DNA of 64,000 nt, taken from Eledone cirrhosa. Lineage: Eukaryota. The notes beneath the pieces are model-generated. The model was not told where the DNA came from. It worked only from the letters and a program-made list of their open reading frames with translations, and did no database searches. Location of the stretch: the NCBI GenBank assembly GCA_964016885.1, contig OZ024743.1:259408001-259472000 (forward strand). Reading direction: 5' to 3'. Every line of letters begins with the position of its first letter. The stretch's first letter is position 1. Position numbers and translations under genes: made by a program. Below, piece by piece: positions 24,230 through 37,456 of the stretch.

Positions 24230-25881
24230 TCGATGAATTCAAAACAAATAATGGCAAGGGATTTAGAAAACGTGTTGAAAGGGCTTAAACATATTTATCT
24301 GAACTATTAGGTAGATGAAAATATATGTAAGTTAATACTTTTTCTAGTTGTTTCTGTACGAATAGGAAACTTCAAACATTTTGTCATCTTTGAAAGTATA
24401 TAAACAAAGCGAGGAGATAAAACAGAAATAGGAATTCATGTATGTATTAAATATAAAAGATAGTAAGAGATCAAGAGTATGAAACGTTCCCTCATTCATA
24501 TTGCTGTAATAATTCGGTTTTTGCTGGAAAGTTTCACATAAACACCCGCAAAACCACACGATTACGCATATATACTTACACAAATATATATATATATATG
24601 TAAGTATTTACGAAGTGTATTATAAAGTTATATCTGTATAAATACAGAGTAAGTAACTGAACCTGAACCAATGTGTATAAATATAAACTCATACCTGACA
24701 TGTAGGCATGTAAACATACCAGCAAATACGCTTTACAAAGCAAACTGAAGCTTCCCACCCCAAAAAGCTGTTTGGGAATCTCTCTTCTACTACCTTAATG
24801 TAAATGGGTTAATTTCAAAATCCTATCCCTTTCATATGCAAACTAGAAATAACCCCAAATCTCCCTTTTAGCGCCAAGTTACCTACGAAAGTGCCGCATT
24901 AGAAATTTCTCCTTCTATCCCTGTTTTAAAAGTTTATTCACCACTTCCGTAAAAACATTACTCTGGCTACTTATCTTTCCATAACGTATAACATAACTAG
25001 AAGAGATGTCGTATCCCAGAGGTACTGGCTCACAGTTAAATGCAAAATGCATCCAAGCCACCTTAAAGCTAAGGTTCTTAGTCATATTGTAGACCTTTGT
25101 GACTAACGTCTTAGTCTATTTCGATAGAGATGTCTAAATAATTAACCTTGCTAACGTCACAACCATTCCTATTCACCTCTCTATGTGTGTGTGTGAGTGT
25201 GTGTGAGTGCATATACATTTATGTCTACACACATACACTTACACACATTATATAGATTCAATATACCTATTTTATATTAATAGTGATTGATTACTTCGAA
25301 GATTCGGCTGCGTTTCCGGGTCTTCAAACATGAGTTGGTGAAATTAATATTTTGCTATATATGTATATATATATATAGCAAAATATTAATGGATTTATCT
25401 AAGTTTAATTTAGAGGTGGTAGGTAAATAGTGTAAACAACAATATAAACTGGAATAGGAGAGGAGTGTTGAGATGTAAATTTGGCTGCAATACATTTAGG
25501 GCAGCGAAAGGTGAAATAATGAATAGAGAGGAAATGGGTGCACGAAGTATTTACCACGCGTTAATTAAGCAATGTAGCAAATAAAGTTCCTATTTCATTA
25601 AACTTCAGCGTTATTACTATTTACAGATTTCATTCTTGGTTTTGAATAAACATTTTATATTTTTTAATTAAAAATTGACTGTTTAGGTATGTCTTTTTAA
25701 TCTGGTTTCTCAAATCTTGCATCTAGCACACATACAAGTAAACAACGTTTAAAGATTAAATTGTTTGAACGGTCATACACGTACACATACATTATGTTTA
25801 CATACATATACATGCATGTGTGATGGCATAGGAATTGCTACTTGTGTGTATATATGAATATATATGCTATATATATGTGAA

Positions 25882-26180
25882 GGTGCGTGACTTAGTGGTT
25901 AGAACGTTGTGCTCACAATCGTAATCTCGTGAGTTCGACTCCCGGACTCGACAGAGCGTTGTATTCTTGAGCAAAACACGTTACATCAATGTTGCTCCAG
26001 TTCACTCAGCTGTATCGGCCATTGCCTTTCCCTTGGACAATATCGGTGGCATGAACAGGGGAGACAGGCATGAATGGGCTACAGCCGGTCTTCCACAAAT
26101 ACACATTGCCCAGAGATGTGCCAAAAGGGGAATTTTCTATGTCAAGACCATTGCCATACGTCACCAAAGCGGGCATACGA
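25882..26180 (+). mobile_element. tRNA-derived SINE
   Basis: A box tgacttagtggtt, B box gagttcgactccc, then cttgagcaaaacac...cactcagctgta core. Confidence 0.65.
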
Positions 26181-26259
26181 TGTTATATATGTGTATGTAC
26201 GACTGCATATTACGTGCACATGCATACACACACACAAATATACATATGCATACACACAT

Positions 26260-26348
<89 letters not shown>

Positions 26349-26484
26349 AGTGTGTATATATATATGTTTCTTATTTTGTGTCTCCTAAAACATCTTATCT
26401 TTGTACACACACATATATATGTGTGTGTGTGTATGTGTGAGAGTGTGTGTGTATATATAGTATACAAAAATAAGATGTTTCAGG

Positions 26485-26526
26485 CAGAATGTGTGACGAA
26501 AGAGCTTTGACAATAAACAAACAACC
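26485..26526 (+). repeat. Truncated copy of the 36291-36333 hammerhead (3' half only)
   Basis: cagaatgtgtgacgaaagagctttgacaata...aacaacc matches 36307-36348. Confidence 0.7.
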
Positions 26527-27099
26527 ATATGATTATTAAACCAACCAACTGGAAATTTGTGGTAAATTGAAATGAAAACTAACAGATACGTGTGTTTCTA
26601 TTGACACCATGACCCTCCAAATATATATATGTATACACACACACACACATATATATATATATACATACATATATATGATGGCTGCCCCTTTTTATCGAGT
26701 ATGGCCATTGCATGATATACCATTATTAATAATTATTAATTAATTCTATCGTGCAATGCCTGTGCGTGAAGATATTTTTTAAAGTGAGGAAAAACTGTGC
26801 ACTGAGCCAATCCCACTTTCTGAGCGACAGTAGCTATAATCCGAAAAGAAGAAAAGATCAACATCATCGGTAACTACTGAGCCGCAGGTTTTATATCGGA
26901 GTCATCCCAGTTTCCTGAGTTGCCTTCTCCTAGAAGAATGCCCTGACAAAAGCTAGGGACAAAAATCAAAACCTGACAAAAGGCGGAAGAACTCATAAGA
27001 GTCAACGGCCATCCAAAAGTGGGTAAATATGTATATACACATGTACCGCACATACATATATATATATACATACATACATACATATATATATATATATAC

Positions 27100-27131
<32 letters not shown>

Positions 27132-28190
27132 ATGGGAATACTCATAAATGCACGTACGTGTGGATATACGCATGCATATACGTGTTCTATTAGGTGCGAT
27201 GATGTTCTCATGACGTAGTGCTTAATTAGGAAACAGTCATGGAATGTTATAGACAATGCACGTTGACCTCTTTGTAAAACTGACTTTGCATTTACCCATA
27301 ATAGTTTCATGTAAACAACGTTCTGAAAGCAAAAACCTTTTGGACACCAAACCGCCTGAGATCATCCATAGTTCTATGATACGCAGTTCTTTCTTTTAAA
27401 ATGTTTACGTTTATATTATTATGTAAAAACGTTTGTTAACTTTTGTTCCAAACAATAGTTTATTGTAAAAGTTAGTTTTGTTACTAAACCCATCCAAATT
27501 CTTGATTAATTTCTGAAATAGGCTGTGTCTTTCATCACATAGGCTGTGTCTTTCATCAGAAATATGATAACGAATGGGTTAAAATCGAAGTAAAGGAGTT
27601 CTAAAGCGAGGAGTATATTAAAAACAAAAACGACATTTAACCAAAGTTATTGTCGTTTAGCCACAGGTCCTCATTAACCTATAGTAAATATCATTCCACC
27701 CTAGGCCAAACTGTGTCTTGGACTACATTATGAAATGTGAACCTTTTCCATTTCCTTTTTTAATATAGTAAATGTGGGATTTGAGGAAATGTCTGCCATT
27801 TCCAACAGGCGAAGCAACCTCAAAGTTGAAAATTACTGGTTGAAAATAAAAGTATGTGTTTAAAGAAATATCGGAGATTTGTGATTTAATGACTCAAGTA
27901 GGCGGATAATTGTTTTTCTCGGAGGTAATAAATCATCTGATGAACTTTAACTAAGGCACTTTTCTGATTTGTTTGTTTGACTAATGATAACACCTTACTT
28001 TTCATCATAACAAGAACAGAAAGATTTAATGTATGTAGATATAAAAATATCATCCATCTACGCTGTTATATATACACATGGTTATGTCTGGAAATGGACA
28101 CACGAACACACCCACACACCCACACACATATATATATGAATAAATAAATAAATACATATACATTGATTTACATACACACACACACACACA

Positions 28191-28308
<118 letters not shown>

Positions 28309-29799
28309 GGTATGTATATTTAAACCTGCATGTATATATTTACTAATACAGTCTACAAAAATACTCATCAAGCTAGACACTACCGCCTACTAGTGAGTGA
28401 TTTGATATTTCAGGTGGCCTGCAGAGGTCTGTTGGAGATGGGGAAAACTATACACAAGCAACAAACTGTTTCCGGTGTATTTTGACGCCGACGAATGCTT
28501 ATGATACGTATCCCTATACTGTTAACTTTTGGCGGAAATTACTAAATGTTTCTAAATTTTCTAGCCTTTTAATACTTCGTGTAGGCAAGCGTTGTTTGAA
28601 CCCCAAACAGAACCATAGCTATTAGCGAAATTATAAAACAATGTCGGTCTTTACCGATAACACTGTTAAACGACTCATTGTTGAAATTGTAGTTTGCGAC
28701 GAAAATAAAGTAGTACTTATTTTCCAAATCTAACCGAAATACTATGACGAGTTTATCATTGTAGATAATCATGATTTATTAATGACCTATGTACGGTAGT
28801 TTAATGAAAACAGTACATTACAAGAGGGAATGCTATTTACATTAAATTGTATTACAGATAAAAGATACAAAAAGAGTATCAATATTTTCTGCTGTACTTT
28901 GCGAACAATAATATGCCATTAAACATGTGCTACAGATAGAGAAACACCACTGATAGGTTGTTATCGTGGATGTCTTGTATATTTGAAGAAAGAACGCCCA
29001 AATATATTGTGCATTCATTGTGTGGCATATCTACAACATCTTGTACCAAAATATTTCAGTACAGGCTTTCAATCATAATTAAATATAATAGCCATGTCTA
29101 TAAATAATTCGAATGCTAGATTGAATTCTAAAATGATGGGATGCCTGTATCCGGAAAATAATGAGCACGTGAAAGTTAGTTATATTGCTAAAATTCCCCC
29201 AAATACTCGGTTATTTAAAAATTATTTGAAATGTACATGCAATGTCTTTCTAAAAATATATATGATAATGGAAGGAATAAATGAGCATTGTATAAGATTG
29301 CTTGCTATACACAGATGTTCATTGGCTCTCAAAAGGTGTATGTTTGACGAGTTTTGTCGAATTATATGAGATCATCTTAGTGTTTTTTAAAATAACGAAG
29401 GAGCTGATCTTTGACAAAACATTGGCAGACCTTTTAAAGAAGTCTAATTAAATTAATTTGCAGCTTCAAAAAACCAATACAACACTTATAATTTGAAAAC
29501 AAACTTGGTCTATTCCAGGAAGAAATATTAGAAGTAAATATGAAGTAGAAAACCAATCTAATTGCATCGGGGTGACTGCCATAATTTATGGCAAAAACAA
29601 AAATGTCTGCTTAATATTTAACTGTGTGTAAAAGTATTTCTAATTTATTGCTTTCTTTCCTACTTCATATCTTGTGCTATCAGGATTTAGTGCAGTAAAT
29701 CATATTTTCACCAAACAAAAATTATCTGAAAATCATGGTAAGAGGAGACAATCGCTTATTCCATAAGGGAACCAAATATACAACAGATAGTTTCATTTC

Positions 29800-30299
29800 T
29801 TTTGTCACAGTTGATATAAAAGTGAGAGTTACTAAAGGTTTCACCATTCCAAGTTACAAAAGTGGTCGCTCTAAGTATTAAAGGATCGACCACTTGATGT
29901 ACAAAGAAAGATGCAAACAAATCCGAGGCATATTTTTTGTCAGAAAAAATCATCTTCATATATCCATAATTATTTATTCAGAACATAAGTTGACGACATC
30001 TGACTTTGAGAGTTATATATGCCGGCCTCCCACGCATATCTGTCGTTGTACGTAAATAGAGAGTAAGATTTGCTGGCCACTGCCATCGTGCCACCTATAA
30101 GGCTGTGTCCCCATTAGTGCTTTGGAAACCACAAACAGTCACTAATAACAGGGGGCGCAAGCTCTCCTATCCCGATGTCATCTCCAGCGATTCTGGTATT
30201 GAAATCCAGGACTTGGCAATGAACGGCAATGAACAACAGATCCACGTGGAGATCAATTGTTGAGGTGATTTCGGCTGAGGCCGCCGGATGATAATGATT
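29800..30299 (+). pseudogene. 3' end of an RTE-type LINE, followed by (CA)n
   Basis: Frames give YAGLPRIS, RVRFAGHCHRA...LVLWKP, RGRKLSYPDVI and AMNNRSTWRSIV, then stop codons tgataatga. Left boundary approximate. Confidence 0.7.
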
Positions 30300-30305
30300 T
30301 AAAGT

Positions 30306-30371
<66 letters not shown>

Positions 30372-31703
30372 TCACTCACTCACTCACTCACTCACACTCA
30401 CACTCACACTCACACTCACACTCACACTCACGCACACACACACACACACAAAAAATATGTCAAGGCATTGTTATGGTATTATAATTGTAATTTACATAAT
30501 AGATAATTTATGCTCTACATCTAGTATGGCGTGCACTTCCTTCATTTCATCATTACTAACTCACACACATGCACACAGAACACACGCACGCACAAATACA
30601 CACACATACATATGCAGACACATATATATACGTCATATTTAACCACGCTATTTTTAATCACGTTTAACATGAATTAAATTTTGTTTGAAGATATGCAATT
30701 ATTGAAATATTAAAATATCTGAATTTATGGCCTGTAAAAATATATTTACTTAGTATTGCTTACTGTAAAATGTAGAAAATATGAGTATAAAGTTAGTTGT
30801 TCTGAAGTGATAGTTACTGGAGATATAATTTAAAATGATAGCATTTGGGTAGAAAAAGTTTGCAAAGGTAACATTTATGAATATTAATGTTATGAATGAG
30901 ACGATTGAGAATACAATATTTGTGAAGTAACATATTATTTTCTTATATTAGACTCCGGTGAGATGGCGAATTACTTTATCATACGGAATCAGCGATATCT
31001 AACAATGCGTTCTTAGCATTATCGACTGTGATAAAATGGTGAAAATTGGAAATTATGATCTTCGATGATTTTGCCAAGGGCATTAGTAAGATAATTGGAG
31101 AGAACTAGCTTCAATAGCAAAGAGAAACTGACTAACGAAAATTGCATACGTTCAATTTACCCATATTCCGGTTGAACACTTAATCACCAACTCATTCTCT
31201 GCCTAATGTAATTACATATACATGTGGTCTTTAGTTACCTGGATGTAGATATTACACACTACTTACGCCACTCACCCGATTGTAAAATCTGTTATCTTTT
31301 CCTATAACTATACTGATATGCATCCAATTAACAAGGCAGAGATTGGCTGCTCGTTAGAACATCTGCTGGAATGCTTCACAGTATTCGTTCTAGCTTTAAG
31401 CGCGCTGAGTTCAAATCGCGCTGAGGTCAACTTTGGCTTTTCAGTTCATTTCTAAATGTACTGATCTACGCCGATTCTTCTTCTCTGGGAATAATCAGCA
31501 ATGCTCAGACATGTAGAGGGACGGGATCGATCCACATTATTTTAATTTCAAAGAGACGATATATGTCCCTATACCTCAGTGAGGACTAACGGGATCATGG
31601 ATGAATAAGTAGATCCAATTAACAAATCGGTTAGTTAAAACCGGCATATTATCCATTAGAGTTCGAAACCAGTTCACCTTAATTACGACACATACGTACT
31701 TAC

Positions 31704-31758
<55 letters not shown>

Positions 31759-31895
31759 AATACATACGTGTATACATACACACGCACACATCTATATCTA
31801 CATCTATATCTCTATATATAAGAAACGAAGCGGGCTGTCTGGTTACTGTAGACAAAGTGTAAGATAGTAATATGGAGGTAAACAAGATATATATA

Positions 31896-31937
<42 letters not shown>

Positions 31938-32376
31938 TTATGTTGGATAGTTTAACTAATGAGTAGGTCTTGTCATTTCGATTAGCAGAACGTGATGCAT
32001 AATCAAAACCACTTGACGTTATGCGTATCAACCATCTTAGATGCGGTACCACATGTTTGGTGCAGGGACGGAGTTAAATAATTCAATGAAAAATGAATCC
32101 GGGATTCCAATACGTTCCTTTAATGCTGCACAAATATGCAATACGTATACTAATAGTCGGCCGGCTTATGTCATCAGATCATGTCGCAAAACATTCGGCG
32201 ACGTCGTTTACGACAAAATATAATCAAAGAATTGAAAAAAACGTACACCGTCGATTGATGTGATCACTTTGACAGAGGGCCTCCGTATGCTACACACTCG
32301 ACAATGTTATGCATTGTGGGTTTGTAGGCGCAAACAATTGAAGCGGGGCAAATCGAATCCGGCCTTCTTTTCTCAT

Positions 32377-32473
<97 letters not shown>

Positions 32474-34602
32474 CTGAATTGAATAATGTCAGCCTTAAAT
32501 ATTCGGAACTGTAGAGATTTCCAGGGGTTGATTGAGGAGATGGGTCTGTCCATTTTCACGTTATTTTTTTTTTCCGTTGCCATTGTCTTGTGCGCCCCAC
32601 TGTTATGCAATTTATATTCGAAAGCCTTAGCCTCGGTCTTTTATAAACTATTATATTAATAGACGTTGCGTCGCCCTGTCTGTTTCTTTTATTCTCCCTT
32701 ACTACTTTTCAACACCTCATTGTCATTTAACTTCCACAACATACTGGACTTATAATCCACATTTCTTTTGTTTTTCTATTTCTCTTCTTTCTATATATAT
32801 TTTACTCCCAAGCATTTGCACACACGTTTACGTTCGTTTCTTCCTTCCTTTTCAGTTGACACATTTTGGTTTATAGCATATATTTTCTCTCTTTTCTTTT
32901 TTAGTATTTAGTTGTGTAAATCGTCGAAAGGTATGCCTAGTCTGTGCTTGTTTGTACCCATTTAGTTGGATTGAACAGTATCAACCTTAGAACTTCGAAA
33001 ATGTGACTGAAGAGATTGGACTGTCTATTTGTCCATTGTTTATTGCGTTGTATTTGTCCTGTGTGCCCATTGTTTTGAAATATAAATATATATTAGCTTT
33101 TTTTTTCTTTATTCAAAATGGTTGTATTTATCGAACCTACAAATCTAGACCATTATCACGTAATCAAAGGAATTCGGTGGTGCTAGATTCGGTAGGGCAT
33201 ATGGTAGAATAGTTATGATGGCAGCATTTATTATACTGTTGCTGGGAATAATTAGTGTGGTAAGATGTGATGTTTCCAGTAATGATGAGAGTAAAAATAT
33301 GAATGGCTGCAAAAATGTTGGTGGAAATTGGTAGTGACGAAGAAGATGGGTGTGATGATAGAAGCAGCATTTTTTTATGTTCTCCATATAGAGATGGCAC
33401 TGTCGAAAATAAGTATTGTGCGAAGCTTAGTAATTAGGATGATGTTGGTAAGTGTAATAATGGAGGTAGTGGTTCTCTTGATAGAAACAGTTAGTGATTG
33501 AATGTGAGTCCTGCAGAGATATATGAAATATTGATATATTATTAAAGTAAATTGAACACTATGAATGCAACTATATATACACTATGAATGCAACTATATA
33601 TACATTGAGACTTGACATTATACGCATAAAAGAAATGCTGCATACATATTATCAGTTTAATGTTTAGATCTTAGATCTAGATTGACCGAGAGCAAAATAA
33701 ACTTCATATGTTTTACTGAATGAATATATTCTATGCAGCTTGCTGTATGTATTATGAACCAAACATAACAAAAAACAGTGAGTGACAAATTTCAAGGCAA
33801 ACATAAATAGTGATGCTGCTAGAAGATAGCTAGGTTGCATTAATGCTTCCATAGGAAATGATTCAAGCCTTTAGCTTCATGAAGCTGATTTATAATATGG
33901 TCCTTTTATTTTAGTCCAGCTTGCATTTTTGAAGCGTGTGAATAACATTTCAGAACATTACATGTTTTTTTTTCTGCATAACGTTCAGATATGAAGACGG
34001 CATAAACGATAGAAGAAATTATAAGGAAGCTATCGAGACTTTTCACAATGAACCATTTAGTAGCATATCTTGTACTTTGTAATTACTAGTGTGAAAGCTA
34101 TTATTGTGGTTAAACTGACGAATATTCCACAGAATGTAAAGAGTAAAACGTTTTTAGTGATCAATACTATTAATGATTGATTCCACATGATATTCAGATA
34201 TTCCCTTTTAAAAATATGTTTTTGTAAATAACATTTCGTTAATTAAGCATTGAGGAAATTAAATTTTTTTTTATTAAAGTGAATAGATGAGCCTCGGTAC
34301 TGTCAAGGTGTTTCAACTCCAGAAATAATTTACAGATTTATTCCATAGTTATAAACTATTATTTATAATTATTTACCTTCTGGTAACTTCCACCAAAACA
34401 AACACATTTTCCAAATATTCCTTGTTCTACGTTGATGAAATTAGTACAAGCGATTTATTAATTCAATTCTAGGTATTTCATCTAAAAAAGTATCAAGGAC
34501 TATTGAGACTATAGATTGTCGGACTTCTAATTAAAATATTAAGCACTTCATCTCCTATTAACAGTTCTGTTTATGCCATAGTCAATTATACTCTATTACA
34601 TA

Positions 34603-35017
34603 TATTATAAATAATTGTTTCTACTTTTGGCACAAGGCCAGCAATTATCCCAGTGTATTTCTGATACTTTATTTTATCGACCCTGTAAAATAAAGTACCA
34701 TATATTATAAATAATTGTTTCTACTTTAGGCACAGGGCAAGCAATTACCCAGTGCATTACGGGTACTTTATTTTATCGACCCCGTAAGGATGAAAGGCAA
34801 AGTCAACCTCAGCGGGATTTGAACTCATATTATAAATAATTGTTTCTACTATTGGCACAAGGCCAGCAAATTACCCAGTACATTACTGGTACTTTATTTT
34901 ATCGACCCCGTAAGGATGAAAGGCAAAGTTAACCTCGGCGGGATTTGAACTCAGAATGGCAAGGGCCGTAACTCTATGCGTCAAAGCATGGCGTCCGACC
35001 CTCTACCGATACTGCCA
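34603..35017 (-). mobile_element. Cluster of three partial tandem tRNA-derived SINE copies (MetaSINE-like core)
   Basis: Repeated ataattgtttctac..ggcacaaggccagcaatt..ggtactttattttatcgaccccgtaaggatgaaaggcaaagt. Minus-strand B box gagttcaaatccc. Confidence 0.8.
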
Positions 35018-35139
35018 AAAATAATGACACTCCAATGTATGTCATAATCAATAACACACTACTCTCAAAGATGCAGCTGATATAACTAGATATTAACGAG
35101 TATGCTACAGAGTCATTGGTGAATGCTACGATGTTGGAA

Positions 35140-35362
35140 AGTGTGGTTTCATTTTAAAGGTGTGAACAACTATTTGTTGGAGCATGTGGTATAATTTCAT
35201 ATTATAGGTGAGAGCTACTATATATGCAAGAGTGTGGTACAGTTCCACTTTATAGGTGATAACTACTGCATGTTGAAGAGTGAGATTCACAGTTCCACGT
35301 TATAGATGAGAGGTAATATATATTGAAGAGAATGATATTCTTATAAGGGAGAGCAACTACTG
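35140..35362. repeat. Degenerate minisatellite, ~45-bp unit x5
   Basis: Recurrent gtgtgg..ttcca..ttataggtga..ctact..gaag. Confidence 0.6.
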
Positions 35363-36156
35363 TATATTTCCAGCATTAAAAAAAATTGATTCCATGGATA
35401 AAAAAATATCTATTTACCGTCTTCATTATAAAAATGAACATGACATTAACAAATATTTTTTCGAGTGTTATCAGTCATTTTATTTTGTGTGTTAGTTTTT
35501 AATTACCTATTGTTTCCCTATGTAATATAGCGTTCAATCTATCATCCTATTATTTCGTTTAAGCCAAACTATGATCATTTTCATCCCTAATTTTATGTTT
35601 CAAAGCCGCTTCGATATCATATCATCTTTAGTTATTAGACAGAAATTGAAGTATTTATCGATCAGAGTCGAACTAAATATTGTAAAGTATTTAGTAAAAA
35701 AAAAAAGGACTGAAAAAATGTAAATGTATTATAATTGGTAATATGCGATCAGGTACGGAACAAAACTTAAAATATACTTCCTAAATTAAAAACTGTAATT
35801 ACAATTTACCGATGCTTGAGCTACACTTTATATGAATACGTTAAATGCACCAAATTAAAATTTCAATTTTATTTACCGTGCAACTAAGTCCGTTTTATTA
35901 TGAAGTAAGCTACAATAATACTGTTTTGGATTATGTATAGACAATATTTTAAAATCTGTTCTAAGTGGTTTCTTTTAGATTGGACAATTTGTTTTGCAGC
36001 TAGAAAATATAATTTTAAATTTAAGACATTTTCTTATCTTCGGTGATTTATATGCTTTCTTTCCAATCAGTGGACTACATACTTTAATAATATGGCTTCG
36101 AATAAAAAATATAATTTGATCTAAATATGTATACATATATATATATATAAATATAA

Positions 36157-36361
36157 TTCGTTTTGGGATTTGTTTTGCGAGATTTCTTATCTGAAAAAGT
36201 GTGTTGAAACAGATATTGTTATACTTTGGGAGGGTCATGTTGCCAATAAAACACCTGTTGGATTTCACTTCAATTTAATCTAAATTTCTAGTCATTGAGG
36301 ATGTCACAGAATGTGTGACGAAAGAGCTTTGACAATATATAAACAACCTTCCGGTTATCGA
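36157..36361 (+). mobile_element. Short PLE-derived insertion: inverted tail + HHR, between (TA)n tracts
   Basis: gttttgcgag and ttgttatact..gggagggtcat match the tail of the 15852-16980 element. HHR motif at 36291-36333. Confidence 0.65.
36291..36333 (+). ncRNA. Hammerhead motif with C3->U change
   Basis: gtca-TTGAGGA-t-gtcaca-gaatg-tgtgac-GAAA-gagc-TT-tgac. Confidence 0.6.
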
Positions 36362-37126
36362 TATATATATATATAGAAATATGTTAGACACTCGAGTGGT
36401 TTTTTCAAATACTAACACGGACATTCATACAAGAAAAAATAGTTATAAAATTAATGTTAGTAATTTAGTGTGTTTAATAAGAAGAATATAAATGGCTCAG
36501 AAAAAATATATAAAGTTGGAATGAATAAATCATTATTGTTACTATATTCTTTTATTATTTTACTAGTTCCCAGTTTTCAGTCGACTGCAGCCCTGATAGA
36601 GCACCACCATGGGTCGGTCGATCATGTCGAACTTATGGTTTCAAGTAAGTTAATTATTTTACTGATGTCTATATATAAAGGAAAATGAGACAGATACAGC
36701 GGCAGGTGGCATTTAACTTTCTTATAATCATTTAAAAACCTGCCCTACACATATTTAAAAACTATATTTATAATATATACATTTTCTCGGATTCTTAAAA
36801 TGTCCAACGTTAATGTATGTACGGTCCTATAACTCTTGATAGAGTCGTAGGAGCGCCGTAGTGACATACGGCGTTTCTTGGGCATTTTAAGCCTGGTGGA
36901 GTCCATCCCTCGCCAGACCTGAGTACAGCAGATTTCTTCCAGAGAAAGATAGAAAGTGAGAAAAGAAATGAGAAAGAGATACAGAGGAAGAATCCACCTC
37001 AGTACTAGACTGGTACTTTTTTATCGACTCCGAACGGATGAAAGGCAAAGTTGACCTCGGCGGGGTTTGAACTCAGGGAGCAGAGAGCCGGAACGAATAT
37101 TATAATGTATTCTATTCGACGTTGTA

Positions 37127-37456
37127 TTACAGTTTGGTTCAATAACAGTTTCCCATATCCGGCATCCTGGATTTCCGGCATATTGGATGGTCGTAATGCA
37201 AAAACAATACCATAAATGAGTTTATCGACCCCTAAAACCCCCCTTGTGACGAAATAATATCGAGTATAGGTGCAATAATAGCGGACTTTTCCTTTTTTTC
37301 GACCATCTTCAACTTCAGGGGGTATGTACAGGGGGGTTCCGGCCCTCGGGAAACATTTTTAGTATGATTTCAGTGAATGGTATGGGTCACTACATATTTT
37401 AAAGAGGGCCCGGAAATTGAGTCTGCAGATTTGTAAATTAACACCCCCCCTCCTTA
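37127..37456. mobile_element. 330-bp insertion splitting a SINE, flanked by GTTGTA direct repeats
   Basis: The SINE (36995-37126) resumes at 37463 (acgactctgcgaattcgcc). GTTGTA at 37121-37126 and 37457-37462. Confidence 0.6.

Noticed and set aside
25882-25955. tRNA gene
   Set aside because: A and B boxes are present, but the acceptor stem does not pair and a SINE core follows. It is a SINE head.
31990-32330. Possible RTE LINE fragment on the minus strand (HLRWL)
   Set aside because: Only one short motif; too degraded to call.
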